A DNA stretch of 64,000 nucleotides, from assembly GCF_006345805.1 (NCBI RefSeq), contig NC_042998.1, forward strand, positions 113,336,001-113,400,000, given 5' to 3'. Origin of the DNA: Octopus sinensis (lineage: Eukaryota). Below the pieces are notes generated by a model that was not told the DNA's origin, ran no database searches, and was given only the letters and a program-made list of their open reading frames with translations. How positions within the stretch are numbered: position 1 is the stretch's first letter; each line of letters begins with the position of its first letter. A program made the position numbers and the translations under genes. Below, one piece after another: positions 28,270 to 41,250 of the stretch.

Positions 28270-30092
28270 GTAAGTTTTTTTTTCTTTTCTTTTCTGTTGA
28301 CTAGACCCATATAGTTTAAGGTTCAATCCTACTGTGTGGCATTTGGAGCAGGGTTTTTTTTTTTTTTCCTTACTATGATCCTTGGGCAACCAAAGCCTTG
28401 TGGAGTGAATTTTGTATACAGAAACTGAAAGCACACTTGCATACATATACACAGGCATACACTTTGCTTGTTCTTTCATTTTTGTCTGTTTTCCTATGTT
28501 AGCATGGGTTAGATGAAGTACCAACTGAAACCAAAAGTGAAGGTTCTAATCTTACACAGCAACTTACTTCAATCAAAGTTGTATAGCAGCAGTGCCCATG
28601 GTTTTTGCCAGTTCTCCAGACTGGTGATATTGCTGCTTGGTTTGAACATCTGCAAATCAGTGTCAGCAAGGAATATGATATAGGCAGGTGCAAGCATGGC
28701 TCTGTAGTTAAGAATTCTCCAACTACATATCTTCAAGTTCAATCCCACTGTGTCACCTTGGGCCAGTGTCTTCTAGCTCCAACCCAAGCAATGCCTTGTG
28801 AATTAGCTTAGACAGAAACTGAAAATAATCCAGTCAAGTGTGTGTTTGTGTGATTGTCATGATTTAACATCTGTTTTCCATGCTAGCCTGAGTTGGACGG
28901 TTTGACTGGAGTTGGGATGACCAGGGACTGCATCAGGCTCAATTGTCTGTTCAGGCATGGTTTCTACAGCTGGCTGCTCTTCCTAATGCCATCACTCCAC
29001 AGTGTACTGGATGCTTTTAACATTGCACCAGCATGAGTGTTTTTTACGTGGCACTAGCATATACATGATGTGTATCTCTGTCTTGACATTGTGCAATAGT
29101 TGTAAATAAGCATTGTCATCATACTATTACTGTTGTTTGTTTCCAGTCTTCTATGGAGATACATCCAGCCATAGACAGAGACATTCCTTGCTTCCAAATA
29201 GGTATGGGTTGACAACGAGAAAGTTAGTCATAAAAAATTTGCCTCAATGAATTCCATCTGACCTATGCAAACAAGGAAAGATGGATGCTAAAATGGGAGT
29301 GAATTTCAGGAAGTTTGTACTACTATCATGATGCATATTTGTTTTTATCATTGTCAAAGCAGTTGGTGACAAAAGCTCATCCACTTGGTACGAAAATGAA
29401 GAAAATATCCTAACCTACATTCTGTTGAATGGCTAGTTCATGAGGAGACACTACAGTGGTGAAATTTGAAATTTGGCCAACCCATGCTGGCCAGTGTGTA
29501 ACAATGATACTAAAATAATGGGTTTTTTTTTTTTTCAAAAGTGTATAATTTATTATAATTCCAACATCATGAATGGTACTTACTTCATCAAACTTGGAAA
29601 AATGAAGGGCAAGTTGAATTGCTATTTGATTCTCTTTACTTCCTATAAACCAGGTTTATAGGAAGTGTGTTTGAAACTAGTAAAAGAAATAAGAGAATCA
29701 GGTGCAACTAAAAGATTGCTAGACGCTTTGTTCTCCATTCTACTGTTCATTGACCTGATAATGGTGCTGAATATTGTTGAACATACCATAATTAAAAATA
29801 TGCTGTATTTTAAGAACTTTCTCCAGTGTTATATCTCTATATCGTTGTGAAGGATATGATTGGCTAGATTCTTTTAAACTTTTAGCAGTCATATTCCTCT
29901 ATCAAATGTAATGCTTATATATTCACATTGTTTTGAATTAACTACGAACTATCTTGTAACTTTAGAAATTTTGATTATGTAATTGTTTATCTTTGGAATG
30001 ACGTTGTAGGATGGGTGTATGAGGCTGGATCTGAAAGAATATTTTGGCCTGATTTGGCTATCTTAATTGCAAAAGGGTTAAACCTGGAAACC

Positions 30093-30740
30093 AATGTATG
30101 GCTTCTGAGAGCCATATAAGCAATGTACAAGTTTGCTGTCTATAAGATGGGAGTTAAAAATGAGCTCAGCAGCAAATTTAGTGTACAGGTGGCAGTTCAC
30201 TAGCGCTAATCATTGTTCTTCTGACCATAACAGAAGAATTTTAAGACTAGTTGGCTTTGGAAACTACTGTATGCTGATAACCTTGTTGTTGTAAGCAGAA
30301 TCTGTAATAGAATGAGGAAAGAAATTTAGTTGTAAAAGCAAAACCTGGAATTGGAGGTCCTTAAAATTTACTTAACAAAGACCAAAGTTCTAGTAAGCAG
30401 GAAAATGGACAGGATTCTACTCCCTTTATCTTCAGGAAAACCATCCTGCTTGATGTGTAGAAATGATATAGATAGAAATTCCATACTGGTCTATCCAGTG
30501 CAAGCTATGGACACAAGAAGTGCGGTGGAATCACAAGTAAGTTAACAAATCAAATAGACTGTTTGTTGTTCCTGTGCATCTACCACACCAAGACCATACA
30601 GGATGTATAAGATTTTTCCAAATGCTCAGACTTCCTAGAGTAGTAAATAGTTTATATAAGTGAATGAGTTAGTGGTAGGGGAGAAATCTTTGAAAGTATA
30701 ATTACTAGAATAAGATAAGAATGGAGAAAGTTCAGAGTTA
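30093..30740 (+). mobile_element. Decayed RTE-clade LINE RT fragment
   Basis: Remnants of WELLYADD (ggaaactactgtatgctgataac) and LTKTKVLVS; shared with the copy at 59440-61410. Confidence 0.7.
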
Positions 30741-31031
30741 TTACGAATGTAATATAGCAATTTATTTCATCATCGTTTAACGTCCGTTCTCCATGCTAGC
30801 ATGGGTTGGACGGTTCGACCGGGGATCTAGGAAGCCAGAAGGCTGCACCAGGCTCCAGTCTTATCTGGCAATGTTTCTACAGCTGGATGCCCTTCCTAAC
30901 GCCTATTTGGTTGTGGTATTTTTGAACTGTAGTTGGAAATAGAATTAGTCAGATTATTAATCAAAATGAAAATACCATGTTTTGTCCTTTTTATTGATTC
31001 TTCTCCCCCTCCCCCATTTTTGTTTTAACAG

Positions 31032-31131
31032 GAGGATGAGTTTGAAGAAGGTGATGATGATGACGATGAAGTATCTGATGGTACAACGTTGAGTAGCATA
31101 TTAGAGGATTATGGAGGTGATGGTTTAAATG
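31032..31131 (+). CDS. IPO9: IPO9 exon, acidic loop (EDEFEEGDDDDDEVSDGTTLSSILEDYGGDGLN)
   Basis: taacag/gtaagt; acidic segment as expected for IPO9; phase 0 to 1. Confidence 0.9.
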
Positions 31132-32604
31132 GTAAGTGTATTACTTGTATGGGGCTGGGGAACTATTTTTAGGTTCAAAATAATGAGGGAGCCATTGCAT
31201 AATTGCTTAACATATTAAGAATAGTGGCTAATTCTTGTTCTTATTACACTAGTCTTTAATACAAATGAACATGGAAGATAGGTTATTTAAGATAAACTGA
31301 ATTTTAAAAAAACAGGGTTATCACTGCAAGTTTTTGTTTTAATTATATAAAAATACAAAAGATTGTAGAATAAGTGTCTATGAATAACTTCCTTCTCTCT
31401 TTTCTCTCAATATTTGTCTTTCTGTTAGCTGCCATTCTTTAGAAAGTGTGTATGAGATAGTGACAGAATTTAATAGTCTCTAAAAAAAAAAAAAAAAAAT
31501 ACCTCAGGGTATTTGATTATCTCCCTTCGCGTTTTTCAAATTCAACTTAAATCTTTCATCCTTCTAGGTCAATGAAAATAAGTACAAGTACTAACGTTGA
31601 TATAATTAACTATAACCTTAAAAGCAATGTCCTAACATGGTGTCAGTTTGGTGACTGAAACCAGTAAAAAAAATATTTGTATAAAGAAAAGCTGAGAGTG
31701 GGTTGTTTCAATAAGAACCTTTCAAAAAGTCGCATGGGATCATAGTACTGCTCTGTCATGCTTGACATGTTTCTAACATACATACAGAAACAGACTGGAC
31801 AGTGGGCAGAGTAAGACCTGCCCAGACTATTGCATGTCATAATGTGCAGTATGGTTTTCATCTTGGCCAAACTGTAGAAATTCTGGAGTTGTGAGATTGA
31901 ACCTAGTTATTCAATTCAGAGCTGACCTGGAATTAAAACAAACTAGAGTATTTAGTTTTGCCTCTGATCTGATTTTAAATGCTACCAACCAAATATTAGT
32001 TCCAGAGCCCTTAACATAAAATTATGTCCAACCCTTGCCAGCGTGGAAGGTCGGCATTGAATGATTGATGAAATATGTGGCCTTATGCCAAAATAAAATT
32101 AATATTATCTTTCTTGGTGTTGATTTAATCAACTATATGCTTCCCTCAGATTTGTTGTGCCAATGATAGATAGAAACCAGTATTTTTTCCTGGCAAACAT
32201 AGAGTACAATCATGCGCTTGCTAAATCAAGTTTGTGACCTGCAGTCAATTAAGCCACTGACAATCCCCTCTTGAGGAAAGTCAGGAGAGGGCATAAATAT
32301 CACTAATTTCTTTTATGAGAAAAAAAACTCAATCTTGTGAGAACTTCATGCACCATTGCAGATAGTCAGTTGGATGACTTTTTTTTGTTGCTAGGGGTGT
32401 CTATCAGTGGGTGAACATCTTGATTTTGATGTTAGGAAACCGTTTATTATTGACTAAATCCTGTTGGATGAAAGGCAAAGTCGACCTCAGGAAGACTTAG
32501 TTTGAGCATAAAAGCTGTACCTCAAAGCATTTCAGCTGATGTATTGATCTTGTGACAACTAATCACCTTTTTCTGTTTTTAGTTACTTGTTTTTTTTTCT
32601 TCAG

Positions 32605-32678
32605 TTCTAAAATCTGGGCTGGATGAAGACGAAGATCCTGATGCACTGGCTGACCCAGTTTATCATATTGATCTGCAG
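32605..32678 (+). CDS. IPO9: IPO9 exon (LKSGLDEDEDPDALADPVYHIDLQ)
   Basis: cttcag/gtaatg; DPDAL.DP.Y.IDLQ motif; phase 1 to 0. Confidence 0.94.
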
Positions 32679-32881
32679 GTAATGGCTTTCACCTATTCTG
32701 TTATTTCATAGGATACCTAGTTTCTTTTAAATTTTAGTTTTTTAAAATTTCTTCTGTTTTCTGTGTCTAATAGTCTAGGTACTCTTGATATTTGACATTG
32801 TCGAAAATTCCATATTACCAATGCATTTTTATTTGTTTTTGTTTCTTTTTTTTATATAATACCATTTTCTTTCTTTCGCAG

Positions 32882-32998
32882 GCATACTTATCAGAATTCT
32901 TGCAGTCTTTGTCACAGCAAGCATTTTACAACATGTTTAGCAGCCATCATACCCCAGCTGAGCGACAAGTGTTACAAGCCATTGGTATCCAGTGTTAA
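32882..32998 (+). CDS. IPO9: IPO9 last coding exon (AYLSEFLQSLSQQAFY...QVLQAIGIQC*)
   Basis: tcgcag acceptor; TAA stop at 32996-32998. Confidence 0.95.
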   Translation, partial: AYLSEFLQSLSQQAFYNMFSSHHTPAERQVLQAIGIQC

Positions 32999-33295
32999 TT
33001 AATCACCTTATTACACATATTTTATCCTCTTAGCCTTTCTTTTTCCCATACCACTACTCCAGTACAACACTGATTCCTCTCTATTGCCAAATACCTGCCA
33101 ATTGACTTGCAAACAAAGAAAAGAAAGGAAACAATCAAGGCTATGATGTAATTAGGTGCTGTCGTTTTAATTTCCTTGCTGCATCTACCTTTTAAAACCA
33201 CGTATCTTGGTCAATGCCATCCAAGCGAATTGTTACATTCACTCTCTTCCCAACTTAATTTTATATATCATAAAACATTTTCTTTTAAGATATTT

Positions 33296-33331
33296 AATAA
33301 AGGCTTGTAAATAATAAATAATAAAAATAAA
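33296..33331 (+). promoter_or_regulatory. Cluster of AATAAA polyadenylation signals, probable IPO9 3' end
   Basis: Several AATAAA about 300 nt after the stop, followed by T-rich sequence. Confidence 0.6.
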
Positions 33332-33984
33332 CAGTTCCAAATTTCTTTTTTAGAATGATTTTTGTTTAAATTTGGTTTTATCTTCATATTGTTCCTCTAT
33401 TTATTTCAAGCACTGTTTATAGATCCATGTCCTTTTTAGTCAAGCAAACGTGATCAAAGATGTTCCAGCTTTGAGCAATCTCCACTCCATCTCTCCTAAC
33501 ATTATTTATTTCTTACTTTATTGTATTTAGTTTCAGGTCAGTCCCAATCCTGTAAACTTATGTCAGAGACATGTTGAATGTGACCATCCCAGTGTTTATT
33601 TAGATATAGGGAGAATTCACAAAAAAAACAAGACGAAGACAGGTGGTGTAGACAACAAACAGATGTATTAGTATAATGCTTGGAAAATGAAAAAGTCTTT
33701 AACGTTTTGAGCCTACGCTCTTCCACAGAAAGAAACAAGGAGAGAAAATAAAGAATGTGTCGTGGCTGGCGATCTATTATGGCGAATGCCAGACAGAAGG
33801 ATCACACAGGAGAGCTAGGGATAAGGGGAGAGAATACAATATATAGTCTGTAGCACTACATTAGCTATATGCCCTTCTGTGTTGTTTATCCCTAGATCAA
33901 CTCTTTGATCAGTTACTTTCCAACTGTGAACATTCAAATTCTGTTCTCTATAGACATAGTGTATGTAGGACTATATTTACTTCC

Positions 33985-35030
33985 ATGGGGACATGGAATT
34001 AGTTCCTGAAATGAGGGTACAAGGCTGCTGGAGTTCTGTGACACAAATGACCTAATGATCTGCAATATTAACTTCAGAAAGCTGGCCAGCCACTTGATAA
34101 CCTATAAATCTGGTGACCATGCTAGCCAGATTGACTACATTCTTACCAGAAAGCAGGATTCATGGCTGCTCATAAATGCAAAGGCTTTTCCTGGAGAAGA
34201 ATGTACCCCACAACATAGGTTACTCATTGGGGACTTCAGGCTTCTGGCTCGTAAGGTTCCAAGAAGCAAGTGAGTTTGGAAAAGAAGGGCATGGAAGCTT
34301 TAGGATCATTTCATTAGTCAGAGATTTAGAGACATCCTAAATGAAGCTTAAGATGAGAAGATGAAGTTACAGACTTGTAGCATAGAGGATCAGTGGAAGT
34401 CCTTATGGGACAACTTGCTGAGTGCTGTGGACCAAATTTGTAGCTGGTGCAAAGAATCAGGCTTGGAAGCAGGTATACTTAGCCAGATGCGAAACGGAAA
34501 AGGAGAAATTTGCCAATGTCTTACAATGTGAGGACCAGAGACATGAAGTGCTTTGTCTTGCAAGACTGTTCCAGGGAAAATTGTGATGTTGTGGTAGAGA
34601 AGTGTTTGCATGAATGGTTCACTTGCAGTTAGTGACACTTCCAAGCCTGGGAGAAGGAGTTTGCCTAAAGTGATCCAACAGAGGGGCAAGCAGTCTGAAG
34701 AGACAGTAGCATGGTAGATAAAGCCATGAAGGATATCAGATACTTAAAAAATCTGGACGAGATACAGTTTGGTTTCATGCCAGGGAGAAGCACTACTGAT
34801 GCTCTATTTCTGGTATGGCAGACTGTATGATACCTGTGTGAACAGCCATGCTACATGGCAGTGAAACTGGGTGTGACCACTGAGGACATGCGAAGGCTTG
34901 AAAAAAAGAAAGCTAGTATGCTTCATTGGATGTGCATGTACGACAGTGTAAGCATCTTAAGAGAAAAGTTGGGCATAAGAGGCATCAGATGTGGTGTGCA
35001 AGAGAGATGACTGCATTGGTATGGTCATGT
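33985..35030 (+). mobile_element. Internally deleted RTE LINE (APE endonuclease remnant TYKSGDHASQIDYILTR...QHRLL, plus RT/C-terminal pieces)
   Basis: ORF 34055-34273 carries an APE C-terminal motif; QFGFMPGRSTTDA remnant at ~34764. Confidence 0.8.
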
Positions 35031-38000
35031 CAGGCATATTATTTGTCTCAATGTATAACAAGAAAAGACAAAGGGAGAAATGCCCCTCTACCTGCTCTGC
35101 TTATATAACAGTAAGCTATTAGAACATTCTAGAGAGTTCTGCAACTTTCCATTCGATTTATTGGACAGATTTGCATGCCAGCAATTTCTATTAGTCAGAT
35201 TTAGATGCTAGCAATCTCCACATGTATATACACACAAGAGGTACAGTGGAAAAATAGGAAGATTATAAGAGAAAGTAGTGTTTGTATGTGGCTGATACAC
35301 AGTAGTCATAACTACAGATACTCAGGAAATCGATTTTCTCAAATACCCTGGAGGCAGTGGATAATTTCTGCTACCTAGGGAACCAAATTAGTAGTGGGGG
35401 AAGGATAGTAGATGAGGCCCTTGGATTTCAAGTCCTTGAGCTAAAGATCATCACAGTGACTTGATTCAATGGAAGTTAACTCAAGCGAACTTGAGTTAAC
35501 AGAAGTTAAATGTTACAGAAATTAATTGGTCCGATAATGATTGTCAGAGTTAACCTAAAAGTTAAGTCGTTAACGAAAATGTTAATTAACAATTAACAGA
35601 TTAATGGTTTGGTTATGAGGGTAGTAGAGGAGGGAGTAATAGAAGAAAGAAATTGCAGATCCATATTTGCTTGTGAAAGATAGATTGAATGATATATAGA
35701 AATAAAGCTGAGGGTGATAAAAGTGATGGATGGCAACAGTAAATGGACTGGAGAAGAGGAAGTGATGCTTGGTAACACAGAAAAGAAGTATTGGATATGA
35801 AAAGATATGTGGTAATTTATCATATATAGGTGTCTTGATGAGAGAGAGATAGGTACAATGATAAGGTTGGTTGTTAAAGATATTGAATATAAAAGCTGAT
35901 CCATTGGTAACTCTCATTACAGAGGTGGCAGAATGTAGGTTGGACAGGTCCAGTGTCATCCTTAGTTACATGGGGAATATAATAAGTAAAAAAGAGAGAT
36001 GAGAGGGTTTCAAAGAATGTTGGGTGGGGAGAAAATGGAGACGTAACTGGCATTCTTGGTGTAAACATATTCCTTAGCCCCCCCCTTCTTTTTGTAAGTC
36101 CTTCACTTCCTATGGTGCATAATCCATTGACAACTTGTCTCCATTGTTCTTGATAGTTTTCAATTGTCACCAATGCTTCTGTAACTGCTTTTTTTTTTAC
36201 AGGTGGGGCTGTGGCATTATGCAAACCTATTTTTACCTCTAGGATAAGATGGTTCATATTAGTCTGGTTGCCATCCTTTAACTTTTTCAACATGAGAGGC
36301 CCTTTCTAGGAGTTTACACACTGCTGGCATAGTTCTTAGCCACTGAAGTACACAAACCTCCACATGGCAACAAGAACTGAATCTTTTGCTGATTAACCTT
36401 CTTCACTTGTACCATTTTAATGTTCTGCCAAGCTTGCACAGGTAGTCGGGTCTTCTCTGGTACTGCGTATCACCAGCCATTGCAGTCTTTTGTGATATTC
36501 CTTAATGAAACTGAGCATGCTAATCTCAGTCCTCTTCATGTTGATCCATGTCTTCACTGGCTTGTCTCTTCCTCAAGTTTTATCCACTTTCAGTGCTCTA
36601 CATCTCTATCTATAAATGTATGAATATGTTTGCAAATATATGAACAAACAGCTACAACTACAAGTATACTATTAATTGTAGAGATAACCAAACAAATTGG
36701 TGGGTTATTCTACAGATATATATCACTTTAAGTTATAGTTCTGCGTTATCAACGATGTTGTTCAGATCCATGCAATAAAGGTCTCATGTTGAATGACTTC
36801 AAAACTTTAAACTTATTCAGAAATTCCCCCACCACCACCACCACCAAATCATTCATTTGTTTAGCTAGTCATCATGGTATCAGCAGTTATGAGATTTCCT
36901 AATACCCTACAAGGATAAAGAGTTCTCGGTACCTTATGTTGCCTCCACCCATTCAAAGTAAGCTTAGAGACTCAAACACACCTAACTCCATCACTTGGAA
37001 CATAGAGCATAATTCTGTAAACCAAATTCTAAATCTTCTTCCTTTGTATTTCTGCGAAATACCTACAATATCCTCAGTCTAAAAACAGCTCATCTCACAT
37101 TTCTGGCACAATAACTCCATTCTCTTGAAAACTAAACCCCCCACCACACACACACACACACATAAATTTCCGTCTACTTGAACCTTTATTACTATTATAT
37201 GTAGAATGATTCACCCTGCACCAAGTTCTTTATACTTTTATTTATGTAGTTGTAACTGTTTGTTCTTATTCTCAGCTGCGGCAAATAGCTTTATACATTT
37301 AAATGGATATAATATATATATATATATATATATATACTTAATTTGAGGAAGTTAAGTCCTCATTAGGGATTATATAATCCAGGGTATTTCACTGGTTCAA
37401 TACGTATCATATAATGGCAAAGTCAATGGTATATGTTTAGGATTATTGAAATTTTTAATATTGAAGGAAAAACAAGGAGAAAATCAAGAATAAATGGATG
37501 TAATTACTGATTCATTTTGCATGTTGTAGAAAAATGATGCTTTTTTTGGGGGAAAAAAAAAACATTACAAATAAATAAAATAAAAAAATAAATATTGATT
37601 CATTTGTAATGTTTTTTTAACAGAACATCATCTTTTTACGTCATGCAAATATATATATATATAATATGTAAGAAACTTGCTTCCAAAACCACATGGCTCC
37701 GGGTTCAGTATCATTGTGTGGAACCTTGGGCAAGTGTCTTCTACTATAGCCTTGGGCTGACTAAAGCCTTGTGAATGGATTTGGTAGACAGAAACTGGAA
37801 GAAGCACATCGTGTATATGTGTGTGTGTGTTCCCCACCACTTCCCAACTGGTGTTGGTGTGTTTATGTCCTCATATCTTAGCTGTTTGCCAAAGAGACTG
37901 ATAGAATAAGTACAAGGCTTTAAAAAAAATCAGTCCTGGGGTCGATTTGTTCAACTAAAGCCCTTCAGAACAGTGCTCCAGCATGACTGCAGTCAAATGA

Positions 38001-38931
38001 CTGAAACAAGATAAAAAAGACATATATATATCAATTTAAATAATCAGAAAATGGAGAAAACTTTTGATCAACAATCAAATTGACCCACATCAGTTGATTA
38101 TTTTTTACTATAAAACATGACATATGAAATGTGTTATATTTTGTATTAAAAAATAATCAACTGATGTGGGTCAATTTGTTTGTTTGTTGATCAAAAGTTT
38201 TCTCCTATTTTTGCTTATTTAAATTTGATTCCTGATAAACTTTTGTTTATCTTGTTGTTACCTGTAGCCTATGAGCACAGTGTGCTTGGATACCCATACC
38301 TAGGGATAGCTTAGGTAAATGATACCGATTGTAAGAATGGATACTATTATCCCTTACCTACCTACCTACCTACCTATCTATCTATCGATCAGCTTGAGTA
38401 TAATCCTATGAATAAAAAAAAAAAAACCAAAAGGAAAAAAAGAGTCACTTACTGTAATGTGTTTTCTCTTTGCATGACACTATTGCCCAAGGTTTCCGTG
38501 GTCTTTTCCATAGGCTTTTCTGTTTTCCCTTTTTACATTGACATTTCTGTGATACACAATCCCTATTGATCGCTCCCACTTTGTTTTTTCTTTCCACGAT
38601 CCCTTTTGATTGGAATTCGACCCTTTATTTTTTTCCTTCTCTTCTTCCCAAAAAGAAAAGCTCTACTTTGTATTTTGTCCCTTCTGTGTTTAGCCCAGCA
38701 TGGCCAATAAAGAAGTCTATCTATCTATCTATCTATCTATCTTGACACACACATATACATATACACATACATACACACGCACACACACACACACATACAT
38801 CATCATCATCATCATTTAATGTTCAGTTTTCTATACTTACATGGGTTTGGGGTGATGAGGTAAACAGTGATGCTCATTTTCAACCATTATGTGATGTAAG
38901 ACAAGGGTACACATGCATGCACATATATACA

Positions 38932-38963
<32 letters not shown>

Positions 38964-38999
38964 CACCTCCTTAGGGTTCTATCTGATTTCTTGCTTACT

Positions 39000-39303
39000 A
39001 GGACCTTGGTCTTTGCTAAGTTAACTTTAAGACCTTTTGATTCCAGATTTATTTTTACACCTGAATTTCTTATCTAGTTCTGTTACAGATTCTGCTATGA
39101 GGACAAGATCATCAGCATATAGTAGTTCCCATGGGGCTCCAGTCTTCATTTCCACTGTTAAGGCCTAGAGGATGATGATGAATAGGAGGGGGCTGAGGAT
39201 TGATCCTTGGTGAATACCTACCAGGACACTAAATTTGTCACCGTACTCATGGCTAACTCTTACCTTACTAACAGCATCTTTTGTACATGGCCTGTACTGC
39301 GTT
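39000..39303 (-). mobile_element. RTE LINE RT fragment
   Basis: Minus strand reads VGIHQGSILSPLLFII ... PWELLYADDLVL. Confidence 0.8.
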
Positions 39304-39539
39304 CACACTCATCATCATCATCACACACAAACACACACATACACTATATATAGGGTGCCAGAGGTAAATGGCCCTGCGTAATATGTAGGGAAAGTGCAGG
39401 TAGAAATTCTATTTAATGCACCCAGTGCAAACTATGGATACAAGGTGCAATAAAATAGTAGGAGGATTAATAGAGAATGTAGTGTTCGTATGTGGAAGAT
39501 GTACAGGAGCCATAAAGACTACAGACACATGAGAAACTG

Positions 39540-40480
39540 ATTTCTTCAAATGTCCCAGAGGTTCTCTGGAAGTAGTAGATAATTTCTGCTAACTGACCTA
39601 ATTAGCAGTGGAGCAGGTTGTATAGTGTAATTAACAAGAAAAAGAATAGGATGGAGAACTTTCAGAGAGCTTTTACCTCTGTTGGCAACCAAAGGTCTCT
39701 TTCTTTCTCTGTGAGTGAAAGGGAGATTGCATGATGCATGTGTACAAACTGCAATGCTCTTTGGTTGTGATATGTGGGTCTTGAATGCAGAGGACATGCA
39801 AAGACTGAAGAGGAACAAAGCTGGTATGCTCTACTGGATGTGCAATATCAGTGTTCATGTGCAACAGAGCACTATTGTATTGAGAGAAAAGTTAGGCATA
39901 AAAGGAATTAGATGCCATGTACAAGAAGGCTGTGCTGGTTTGGTCATGTAATGTGGATGGATGAGGACAGCTGCATAAAGCAATGCCAGTCATTTAAAGT
40001 GGAGAGAAGTTGTGGAAGAGGGAGACTTAGGAAGACATGGGACAAAATATTGAAGGCTGATCTTAAAATGCTGAGCCTTACAAAGGAGATGACAAAGGAT
40101 CAAGATATATGGCATATTGCTGTGCTCAAGAAGACCTACCCACCACAACAGAATTGATATCCTAAAACCAAGGTGATTCGTAAAATGCATTGGTGCTGAT
40201 GCCATGTAAAAAGCACTGATGATAGAGCAACATAAAAAGCACTGGTACTGGTGCCACATAAAAACGTACTGGTGCTGGTGTTGTATAAAAAGCACTGGTG
40301 ATGGTTTCACATAAAAAAGTACCCAGTACACTCTGTAAAGGGGTTGGTTTAAGGAAGGGCATCCAGCTGTAGAAGCCAACCCAAAATAGATTATGGAATG
40401 CAGTGTGGCTCCTGGCCTGGCCAACTCCTATCAAGCTGTCTAAGCAAAGCAAGCATGGAAAACAGATGTTAAATAATCAT
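39540..40480 (+). mobile_element. RTE LINE 3' end with 3'UTR; source of the abundant 'catcatcgtttaacgtcc...cagctggatgcccttcctaa' repeat (copies e.g. 1-90, 170-470, 10075-10360, 16300-17230, 30767-30903, 49110-49330, 50671-51210, 54047-54230)
   Basis: RTE C-terminal motifs (KGRLHDACVQTAMLFG, RRLCWFGHV, GRGRLRKTW) run directly into the repeat, which ends in a GAT-type tail. Confidence 0.8.
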
Positions 40481-40904
40481 GATGGTAGTGTGTGTATGTA
40501 ATACATACATAGATAAGTACAGGTATATCAAATAGCATATAACAAATTCTTGATTTATCAAAATTATTTGTGCTTCAAGAGAATGTATCATAATTACCAA
40601 ATGGCAATTAAGACCAGCTCTCCGAAAATGACATGCAATTTAAAGAAAAGGACTGTCTTATTGTCTGGGGATAAGAGGACTGTTATGAACATATGTATAT
40701 GTACATGCACTTTTAGGTGAAATATGTATGAATCATAGAAAAAATATATATTATATATATATATATATAGATAAATGCATAGCATATAAAATACAGAATA
40801 CATGTATATTTTCATATTTTCAATATGTATATATCATAATTTTCATATGACTAATATCTCTATGTGTGAGTGCGTGTGTTGTAAAATATATGCATATGTA
40901 CATA

Positions 40905-40908
40905 TATA

Positions 40909-40988
<80 letters not shown>

Positions 40989-41052
40989 TATATGTGTGTG
41001 TATGCATGTATACATATTTATGTGTGTCTATGTATATGTATCTCTCTTCCTT

Positions 41053-41101
<49 letters not shown>

Positions 41102-41250
41102 GTGTATAGTAATTTCTTTTACATTTGTTTTCCATGCTAGTATGGTTTAGACTCATACATTTGTGGAACATAAATGTGTAATATATATGTGTGCGTATAT
41201 ATACATATATGTGTGTGTGTGTGTATATAGATATATATATATATATACTC
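40905..41250. repeat. Compound (TG)n/(TA)n/(TC)n microsatellite block
   Basis: Direct inspection. Confidence 0.9.

Larger units (their letters stand above)
1715..32998 (+). other. IPO9: Importin-9 gene span (5'-partial; 18 coding exons visible, N-terminal ~300 aa upstream of window)
   Basis: Exons joined by hand with consistent phases give 2215 nt (1 nt + 738 codons including stop), colinear with recalled human IPO9 from [18 protein letters not shown] to C-terminal AYL..ERQVLQAIGI. Confidence 0.96.

Noticed and set aside
35582-36293. Overlapping minus-strand ORFs, possibly a LINE 5' remnant
   Set aside because: No diagnostic motif recognised; cannot be assigned without a database search.
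39105-39135. CTGATGA motifs at ~39110(-) and ~59845(+)
   Set aside because: These are the (Y/F)ADD codons of RTE reverse transcriptase remnants, not ribozyme cores.
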